Below, one piece after another: positions 27,378 to 36,145 of a DNA stretch of 64,000 nt. Numbering within the stretch: the first letter of the stretch is position 1; each line of letters begins with the position of its first letter. Both the position numbers and the translations under genes were made by a program. Source of the DNA: Psilocybe cubensis. Lineage: Eukaryota. The stretch is from assembly GCA_017499595.2 (NCBI GenBank), contig CM038999.1, forward strand, positions 4,216,001 to 4,280,000, written 5' to 3'. The notes under the pieces were generated by a model. The model was not told the DNA's origin. It saw only the letters and a program-made list of their open reading frames with translations, and made no database searches.

Positions 27378-27405
27378 TTAGGGTTTAGGGTTTAGGGTTT
27401 AGGGT
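27374..27405 (+). repeat. Telomeric repeat tract (TTTAGGG)n
   Basis: Four perfect TTTAGGG units, G-rich strand on +. Confidence 0.95.
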
Positions 27406-27688
27406 GCCCAACGAGCAGCGAGCGAAGCGAGCTGCGAGTTGGTTAGAAAAGGCTGGATGGCCTAAGGCTTGTGGACAAAAGTGGGGGCTTGGAGAAGCTC
27501 CCTTCCACTTTTTTGCCTTTTTATAAGGCTCATCAGGTCCATATATAGCCATTTTACCTATATTAATCCGAGGTCCGAAGTTAAAGAAACCTCGGAGCGA
27601 GTTTTCACCTTTGTTGTTCCGAAGTTTGGCAATTTCTCCGAGGATTAGTAATATCTCCGAATTTTAAACTCCGCTTGAATTTCGGCTT
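27406..27688 (-). mobile_element. Short 5'-truncated 3' end of a Penelope-like element (family A)
   Basis: Lies between two telomere tracts. Same order (GA hairpin, then hammerhead) as the RT-linked element at 27736, but with different primary sequence. Confidence 0.6.
27466..27550 (-). ncRNA. Type I hammerhead ribozyme with G12->A core substitution (probably inactive)
   Basis: Minus strand: GGCU-AUAUA-UGGAC CUGAUGA GCCUU-AUAAA-AAGGC AAAA AAGUGG...CCACUU UU GUCCA-CA-AGCC. All three stems pair; GAAA reads AAAA. Confidence 0.8.
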
Positions 27689-27735
27689 GGGTTTAGGGTT
27701 TAGGGGTTTAGGGTTTAGGGTTTAGGGTTTAGGGT
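27689..27735 (+). repeat. Telomeric repeat tract (TTTAGGG)n
   Basis: About six units, one TTTAGGGG variant. Confidence 0.95.
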
Positions 27736-27799
27736 GGGAGCGAGCACCGAGCGAAGCGAGGTGCGAGCGACTAGTTTAAACTGTGAGTTTGAAGATAGA

Positions 27800-27875
27800 A
27801 AGTAGGCCAGAGGGCTGTTTGGGGGTACAAACGGCCAGCCCTTTCGTCTTTATAGACTCTTCAGTGGCTATACTT
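27800..27875 (-). ncRNA. Type I hammerhead ribozyme, intact core
   Basis: Minus strand: AAGUA-UA-GCCA CUGAAGA GUCU-AUAA-AGAC GAAA GGGCUG...CAGCCC UC UGGC-C-UACUU. Predicted cleavage between 27810 and 27809. Confidence 0.92.
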
Positions 27876-28384
27876 AGAAGGAATGTTCTGGAACATCCGA
27901 TGACAGCGCGTGAAGTGATGCTGCGCAGCTGTCATGTATCTTACCGACTATCACAAATCTGTCAATGTTTATTGTCAAGTTAGACAGGTTTCTGATGAAC
28001 AGAGTGTCACGGGTCGATGTGGCACATGGTAACCTGTCAAAAGTGGATCCAACACTTTTGTTCTTTGACATCGTGGGTTATTGACTGTGATGTGAATCAC
28101 ATGGATACAGAATACTCTGGTTACGTGGCTCCGAGTAACCATGACATGGGAATATTCTCATGTCAAGAGTATAAATAGCTTACCTGGGTCCTTACCTAAC
28201 AATCAAATGATTGATTGTTGTGAATCTTAATTGGCAGTTCATGATCCGGTCCATCAAAAATGTTTCCACGGTACTAAGGAACTTTTCCCGAAGTACTAAG
28301 TAACTTTTCCCATGTACTAAATTAGATCCGGCCCTTCACAATCACATGCCGTTCGGAAGTTCACACGCCTACCTTACTTCCTAC

Positions 28385-28460
28385 TAAGGTTAGACTTAGT
28401 TAGCTTAGGGTTGGGGTTAGGTTAGGACTTAGGGTTTAGGGTTTAGGGTTTAGGTTTAGC
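28385..28460 (+). repeat. Degenerate plus perfect telomere-like repeats inside the PLE 3' region
   Basis: TTAGGG/TTGGGG/TTAGG variants followed by three TTTAGGG-type units. Confidence 0.8.
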
Positions 28461-28571
28461 TATTTAATCCAATGTGTTGCTTGTAAGTAGATGTTTGTTA
28501 CTTTGTAGCAAGGAATACTTACGGTTAGGGTTTTTTTCTAATGCTTTACGCCTTGCACGCTAGTATTCTTT

Positions 28572-29377
28572 TCATCGGTTGTAAGATTTGGATATTCTGC
28601 CAAATTCTGGATGTTCCCTCTCTTGTGAGATTGAACGTCTATGAAGTATTATCTTGTTATCACTTTCGATACTTATCTGTTCAGCAGCTTCAACTAGAGC
28701 AGAATGATAAGTTTCATTAACGTTTTGAGTTTCGGGAACAACACCACCTTTTTCGGCAATGTCTTCATCCAGTTTACGAAAAACTGTTTTCTTCCACACA
28801 TTTGCAAGGTCGAAAAGATTAGTATTGCGTTTTTGCGATACTATCCAACGACTTCCGAGTAGTCCTATCTTCCTCAAATCCGGTACGAACTCAGTTTCTC
28901 CGTCCACGAGGATCTGTGTGAACAGCTCCGGGCGAACATCATCGAGGTCGTGAACGTAATTTGGATCTGGTTTGATAAGGGGTCTGGACGAGTCTGCACT
29001 ATACAGACCTTTCTCGGCATGTTCATACCATGCCAACCAGTACTCGGTAACAGTCTTTCCAAGTTCAGCAGCTGAAAACCAATTCCATACCTGGTCAAAT
29101 CTGGTTTTAAGTACAAGAATGGATTCGTCGTGCTCTGCAATTCGTAAAGCGAATCGCTTTTCCCAACGTTCTTGTATATTCTTCTTACACCAAGACATTA
29201 CTAGGTTTTCGGGATAGCCGCGCACCAAATAGAGAGCGTTAAGGTCTCTAATTGCTCCTATGTAGATTTCCTTAGTACTACACAACACGGCTAGCCTGGA
29301 TAACTCTCCAATGTAGACGCCACGTTTGACGTCCAAAGGATGATGTGATACCCATGGAACTTGTTCTCGGTTGTTTC
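28572..29377 (-). pseudogene. C-terminal (thumb) part of a Penelope-like reverse transcriptase; catalytic N-terminal part missing
   Basis: VPWVSHHPLDVKRGVYIGELSRLAVLCS...LYLVRGYP matches the PLE S.HP..K....E..R....CS...RGYP signature. No GIY-YIG motif visible downstream. Confidence 0.8.
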
Positions 29378-30560
29378 CTAGGCTTATTCCCCCCTGAAGG
29401 GGGGGCCTTCGTTGCATTGGGCCTCCTGTTCAGAAATCCTAAAATCTGATGCCAGATTCGGATTCCTGGACCCCAAAAACCCCCAAATACACTTTCAAAA
29501 TATTTTATTTTGTACATACGGAGGTGCTACGTAATTAAATGTGTAATTTATGGAGGCCGGCCTCCAAATTGATGGAGGCCACTGGAGGCCGGCCTCCGTC
29601 TAAAAATAACTTTTGACAGGCACTGGAGGCCGGCCTCCGTCTAAAAATAAATTTTTGACAGGCACTAGAGGCCGGCCTCCCGCCTGTCTCCCGATGCCAG
29701 TGCTCGCCGTCCCAAAGCTTGCGCTCGCCGTCCCAACGCCAGCGCTCGCCGTCCCAAAGCTTGCGCTCGCCGTCCCAACGCCAGCGCTCGCCGTCCCAAC
29801 GCTTGCGCTCGCCGTCTGCCCGACGCCTGTGCTTGCCGCTGCATGTTGTTGCGCTGCCACCTCCGGGCCGCTGCTGCTGCCGCCACCTCCACTCGACGCC
29901 TGTCGTTCAGCCGTCACCGCGTGTCATCCCGCCGTCGCCGCCTGTCGTCACGACGTCACCGCGCGTCGTCCCGCCGTCGCGTCTAGTCGCCGCCCACCAC
30001 AACACGCACTCTGCTGCGTGTTGTTGCGCCGTCACACCGGACCGCCGCTGCCACTGCCGCCTTCCCTCGCCGCCTGTCATTCCGCCGTCAGCGCGTGTCG
30101 TCCCGCCGTCGCCGTCTGTCGTTCAGCCGTCACCGCGTGTCATCCCGTCGTCGCCGCCTGTCGTCACGACGTCACCGCGCGTCGTCCCGCCGTCGCGTCT
30201 AGTCGCCGCCCACCACAACACGCACTCTGCTGCGTGTTGTTGCGCCGTCACACCGGACCGCCGCTGCCGCTGCCGCCTGCCTCGCCGCCTGTCATTCCGC
30301 TGTCAACGCCTGTCGTCCCGCCGTCGCCGCCTGTCGTCACGACGTCACCGCGCGTCGTCCCGCCGTCGCGTCCACTCGCCGCCCACCACGACACGCACTC
30401 TGCTGCGTGTTGTTGCGCCGCCACACCGGGCCGCCGCTGCCACTGCCGCCTCCCCTCCCCGCCTGTCATTCCGCCGTCGCCGCCTGTCGTCCCGCCGTCG
30501 CCGCCTGTCGCTGCCGCCGCGCTGCCTCTACTCGCCTCCTGTCGCTGCCATTTCGCTGTT
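29378..30560. mobile_element. Repeat R copy 1: hairpin-ended Helitron/Helentron-like terminus, GGAGGCCGGCCTCC palindromes and GC-rich minisatellite
   Basis: CTAGGCTTATT-C6-TGAA-G7 start. The first ~250 bp are shared with 39941 and 49608. Right boundary approximate. Confidence 0.65.
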
Positions 30561-30788
30561 TTGTCTTTGATACACCTTGGCCTTGCTGTACTGTAATTTT
30601 GTTAGATTTTTTATAACTAGTCATCTTACCCTGATATCAACTTGTGTATATCTCACGCGAGCTCTCTTGTGTAGACACCAAAAAATAAATTTATATGACA
30701 TTTTGAACAAAAAAACACGCATATATCTACATATTTTTGTTAGAATGGGCTATTCTTAAATGAAAAAACACTTACATTGACAATGTAA

Positions 30789-33700
30789 CTACAGGCCTGG
30801 GCAAACACGATAAGTTGGCACCACCGGTACGTGCCCGTTGACAAAGGCCTGAGCTCGTTGAGACGCTGCCGCCAGAAGCTTCCTACTGGGAGGAGTGCCG
30901 CGCAATATTGATTTCCATTGCACTCTTGTTAATGGCTGGGCCTGCCGAGTGCGGATGTCTTCTACGCGTTCACGGTACCATGCCTCGTTGGCAGGCGTCC
31001 ATTCCACCCATTGTGATCCGTTCATGCTGGGGGGCACCTGCCACAGGTTCGGGGGAGGGAACCACGATTTTACAGTTATTTGACCTTTAGTAGCTGAGAA
31101 AAATGTTGTTAGTGCATAAAATTGAGAATAAACAAGGAAAACATACCTGTGTACAGCGTGTAGGTGCCGCATATAATGGACAGCTCGTTCTCCGTGAGCT
31201 GGTCGTCGCAATAACACCAAGTCGTGTCGCCAGCTGGCACGATGAACCCCTGCCGGTTCTGAATGATTTCCTTAGAGGGGCCAGCCAGCCCATCGTCGAC
31301 GCTCAGAAACTCACTGGCTATCCTACCCACCAATCCACCCCTCAGCAAGGCAGCCCGACCGTGTTGTTGGTGTTTGATGATGTTCTCGCATTGCAATCGG
31401 TATGCTTCGAAGTCATCAACGCCAAATTTGTACGCTGACGGGCGGACAGATCGAGGGGTGTATGGCTCCTGGACAGTGGAGCAGCGACCCGACATTTCAA
31501 TGCCCATGAGAGTGCGACAGGGCACACCTCTCTCCAGCAGCATTTTTGTGAGGGAGTCGATGCGAGCCCAGGAGTGCTCTAACCTGAGCCGACACACGTA
31601 GAGGGCGATCTCCGCCGTTTCGACACCCAACATCCACTCGTGTTCCTCTGAACGAGGTTCTGAAAAAACAAAAAGATTCTGGTGAGGGCGGTGTATTTGC
31701 GACAGGTCCAGCAGACGAGACAGGGATGTCAGGCTGTGCGTGTTGAGATCAGACAGGGCGGCCGGCATTTCTGTGCTCGCAGGCTCGATGGAAGCCATGT
31801 AAAACATGTGGATATGTTGTCGAGCGTCCAGGGCAACTTCTGGGGTAAGTAACTCTGTAAACCCAAAGGTTTTGACAAGTTCATCCCAGTCTGACGCGGC
31901 GCAGGCTGTCGTCGTTGTGCCAGGGAGGTATCCATAGGATTGGCGCAGGCATCTGACCATATCGTTGTCGGGTGTAATGGGCAGGGGTTGCACAACATCC
32001 GTGGCGGGCGCGTCCGTGGTCATCTCAACATCCGCATTTTCATCCTCAACAGATGGGCCTGGTTCCTCCATCTCGAAATCTTCGACGACGGCAGGGGGGC
32101 TCTGTTGGACCCGCGACTCGCTCTCTGGGGAACGACGTGCTCGTGGGCGAGAGCGCGTTGCAACCTCTGGGGGTGTTGGCGAGCGACTGCGCAGGCGCCG
32201 TCCTAGCGTGGGCCGTGGGGGTGTTGTGGGTGCGCGGCGGGGTCTATCTCGCGATGACGAGGGTGTCGGAACCTCAATGACAGGCGGGTTGTTTGGAGGC
32301 AAAGGGGGTGGGGAAGGATTACGAGCGGGGGGAAGGGCCGACGTTGAGGCCACCGGCGCATCGGGGTCAGGTTCAATGGTGTCGTACCAGGGTACGCCTT
32401 CCCACTCTTCCTCGGCAGGTGCTGGTTTCGGGTGCTGCCTGGGTTGTTTTGCGGGACGTACACCTCTACCGCGGCGATGCTGGCCTCTAGCAGGCCTTGT
32501 CTGTGCCTGAATGCGCTGGTCCAACATCGCGGATGCGCCTGCCAACTCGGCTGGTGGTTCCAAATCTCGACAGAGATCCCATTCGTCTGTCACACCGTTT
32601 GTCAGGGTTTCTCCAGTTTCCCCTCTTTATCTTCACAGAATTATCTTATCCTTTCATTATCTTATCAATTATCTGATTAGATAGTTTATTTCTTTCATCA
32701 CAGCCTTCTTGCTCCACTTCTTTCTAGTAAATTCTATATGATTCCTAGTCTTACTCATCCTTTTTCTATATGATGTCACTTTTATTCTTTAACCTTCCTT
32801 TATGATGTAATGTAGAGAATATTCTAGAATAGCTGTAGAGTATAAATACTGGACTTGTAGGTAGCTGTAGCTTCAGCTTCAATCTCTTAGCATATCCACT
32901 ATCATTGGTGTGATCTCTTAGAACCATTAAATCTCTCTCACTCTCTTATTCTCTCTTTGCTCTCTTACTCTCCCTCTGCTCTCTCTCTTTCTCTCTTGCT
33001 TAATCTTTGTTGGTGGCCTTGTCACACTGATTATAGTGTTGCCCTAACACCGTTGTAGACCTTGCGGTGTGGGCGAAGTTTGGCCTCCTCGATGCTGTTT
33101 CGTGACGTTGCGATGTGTTCGCGCATGTAAACGCTGGCTCCCTCTGTGGACACCAGCGTTTTCCAGACAAATACTTTGCTACGTACCACCGATGGGTTGT
33201 TCTCTCGGTTCAGGCGAGCCTGTCTAGCTTCTGGCGTCTCTTTGGCCAGAATCCGTCGCCGTTCTTCCACCCTTGCAGCCCAGTAAGCGTCCCAGTCATC
33301 GTGCACAGAGGTCAGCAGCTTGTGGTTTTCATTCGCCAGTTCGATCATGCGCAGCGTAGGCAGGTTGGCGCTGTCAATGGCGAGCTGACGCTGTTCCTCG
33401 TCTCTCTTTTGGAGCTTTTTTTCCAATTCTTCATATGGCTGGGACATGTGCTGATCCAATGCCTCTGAGTTGTGGGCGAAATCGTTACTGAGGATAGAAT
33501 ACACCAAAGTAGTGGAGTACTCATCTCCCAGCGACTTCATCGTGAGGCCCTCCGTCGAATGAGATTTATTAAAAAATTTGCGCGCAAAGGCGGCTGCGAG
33601 AGACACGTCCATAGACTTGAACAGGTCGGTAAGTGTTGCCGCCAACAAGTCGCGCGGGGGGCGAAGCTCGAGATTGAGTATTTTGTGGGTGAGGAAGATT

Positions 33701-34536
33701 TCCTCTTCCCGCATCCGCCACGGATAATAGACTGGAACATGGTGTTCCAGAAGCCATTCGATGGGAGGGCGTGTCGCGTGGGTGCTGCTCAACTCGTAGA
33801 CCATGCCGACACGAGGGGTTCTGGCGTTAAACGAAAATACGTTGGAATGATACAAGCCATCCAGCCATACTTCTGAGATGTCAGGATGCTCAGCGCGGAG
33901 GCGTTCATGCCATGCAGGGACGGGGCTTTTGGGATCGTGCTTGATGTGCTTTGAATAGATCTCGCGACGACTTTGGGCGACGAGATACGACAGGTAGCCC
34001 ATCCACAGGATAAACGCGTTTCGGGTGGCCTCAAAGCTCCTTTGCGCGTCTGCTTCACAGCTATACCTGAGATCATAACCGAAGCTTTTGGGGCTAGGAG
34101 GTGGGGTTCCAGGAACGCGACACCATAAGCGGATCTTTTCACACAGAAGGGTGATGTTTTCATCCAATTGGCGCCATTCTTTTACGCTGTGCCACTCCAT
34201 TTCATACGTGGCCGGAGACTTGTGCGGTTTATTGCGCAAAATCTTTGGAGACCAGCACAAAAAATTAAACGGCAAGGACACGAATGATGGCGCCAAGGGT
34301 ATGAAGGCGATCCACCTGTACTGATCGTGCCAGCGCACTGGCTGTTTGACGCCCTCTAAATCCAGGTCTCGTCGCCGAGGTTCTGCTCGTGTCGCCTTTT
34401 GTTCGAAGGGGTTGGTGACGTCGACCTCAGCGGGTGGGATGATGACGACACGCTTGCAGTTGGGGGACACGTATATGGTGCCCTTCTGGACAAACGCGGA
34501 CCCTTGGGCCCAATCAATGTGGGTTTGCTGGGACAT
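30789..34536 (-). pseudogene. Large (~1080 aa) agaric hypothetical protein gene interrupted by a solo LTR; intron 31146-31094
   Basis: Removing 32600-33049 plus one TSD fuses the ORFs in frame (KVYNG-VTDEWDLC). C-terminal motifs GRAALLRGG, DD.LTENE..IICGTY, SWFPP..W...WTPANE.WY. Confidence 0.75.
32600..33049. mobile_element. Solo LTR (450 bp)
   Basis: TGTCAGGG...CCCTAACA termini, perfect 5-bp TSD CCGTT (32595-32599 and 33050-33054), AT-rich with TATAAATA. Confidence 0.9.
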
Positions 34537-34637
34537 CTGCAGCAGAGTAAGTAACAAGCATATGTGGGCAACGAACGTGAACACTTACGGTGGGGGCAGA
34601 GCAGAACGGTTAGGACGATGGCGATGGCCTTAGATGG

Positions 34638-35155
34638 CTGCAGAAGAGATTCTGCAGTGGCCTCAGATCGCTACAGAAGATCTTCTGTAGTTTTCAGAGG
34701 TCGGGGGTGTTGGTGTCGGTGGACGCGTCTGGCAACAAGGGCGGAGGAGAGAGCGAGGGTGGCTACAAGCAGAACGGTTGGGATGATCGGGATGGATCCA
34801 GATGCCTGCAGAAGAGCTTCTGCAGTCGCCTCAGATCACTACAGAAGATCTTCTGTAGTTCTCAGAGGTCGGGGCCATGGGTGTCGGTGGACGCGTTTGG
34901 AAACAAGGGCGGAGGAAAGAGCGAGGGTGGCTACAGAAGAGCTTCTGTAGCCTATCTCGGATGGTACACGCGAAGTCGAAAATGGGGGTGGAGGGAAGAA
35001 CGAGGCTGGCTACAGAAGAGCTTCTGTAACGATTCTCGGACGGCTGACGTGAAGTGTCAAACGTCGGGGCAGGGAAGAGCCAGAGTGGCTACAGAAGAGC
35101 TTCTGTAACCTTTCTGGGATGGCAGACGCGGCGTGCTACAGAAGAGCTTCTGTAG
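34638..35155. repeat. Array of ~8 copies of the palindrome CTACAGAAG-AG/AT-CTTCTGTAG
   Basis: Copies near 34638, 34671, 34806, 34839, 34931, 35010, 35089, 35136. Confidence 0.9.
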
Positions 35156-35297
35156 TGTGCGTGCGTGCTAAAGAAGGAAGTGGACTTAGCGTTGGAAGGT
35201 TGAAAAAACGCCCAGAGCGGAGTTTCAATTAATCACGTGACCGCTCGCGGGCCCTGTTGATCGCAACCCCCAGAGTGTTCCTGTTCTCCATCCACCT

Positions 35298-35787
35298 CCA
35301 AAGCTCTTTGGTCGTGGATCGCGGGCCAACAGTACCAAAGCTCTTTGGTACTGCCTAGCCCATCCTCCTCCGTGTCGCACCCCCCCTCACGGTGCTCTGA
35401 TCCTCAAGAGATCTCAGGTTCTATCCACCTCCAAAGCTCTTTGGTCGTGGATCGTGGGCCGTCAGTACCAAAGCTCTTTGGTACTGCCTTGTCCATCCTT
35501 CTCCGTGTCGCACCACCCCTCACGGTGCTTCGATCTTCAAGAGCTCGCTCCTGCCAATGCCCCCCCACATATCCATCCGCCTCCAGAGCTCTCTGGTCGT
35601 GGTTCCCCCCAACGCTGCAAACCAAAGCTCTTTGGTTTGACTCCACTTCGTCCAACGATTCCGTCGGCCTGGGATACGTGTGCCAGTCGACCTCCTACCT
35701 TGATTCTGTGATCGTGAGTCGATATACCCGCCTCCAGAGATCTCTGGTCGTGGGCTGTCGCGTTATCGTGCAACCAGAGCTCTCTGG
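35298..35787. repeat. Array of ~8 copies of the palindrome CCAAAG-CT-CTTTGG / CCAGAG-CT/AT-CTCTGG
   Basis: Copies near 35298, 35335, 35431, 35468, 35583, 35622, 35734, 35774. Confidence 0.88.
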
Positions 35788-36145
35788 TTTGTGCGCGTTA
35801 CACACAACCTGGCCTCCCGATATGCTTGCGCACAACGCCTTGCCGCCGTCGATTGTGTCGGGCGCGATGTTCGATTGGGACGCCTCCGGACTATCGGGCA
35901 CTCAGGTGTCTGATTAATTCAGCCCTGTCCTCTTATCGGAACGACAGTCAATCAACTATCGATCTCTTCTTTAACCCCCTATACGTCTTCTGAAGGGCAA
36001 TTGCTTGGGCCTTCCATCGCAGAGCGTAGGGCGTCGTTCTCAGATATAGATCCCTTCCACCCCCAGCATCGTTCGAGGACCTATCCTGTTCCCTTCCCTC
36101 ACCCAGACACCAAACTTCCAAACATTTTTCAAACAAAAAACGGGG

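Larger units (their letters stand above)
27736..29377 (-). mobile_element. 5'-truncated endonuclease-deficient Penelope-like (Coprina-type) retroelement, family B
   Basis: 3' end abuts telomere repeats, hammerhead in the 3' UTR, and the RT C-terminal ORF on the same strand. The 3' UTR recurs at 63491-64000. Confidence 0.8.

Noticed and set aside
27985-28045. Plus-strand CTGATGA as a possible hammerhead core
   Set aside because: No GAAA at the required position after a stem II.
29600-30616. Long Ala/Pro/Arg-rich ORFs in repeat R (also 40227-40879 and 49740-50457)
   Set aside because: Open in several frames because the GC-rich minisatellite lacks stops; not credible proteins.
34638-35787. Palindromic repeats with spacers as a CRISPR-like array
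   Set aside because: Eukaryotic context, irregular and mutually similar spacers, no cas genes.
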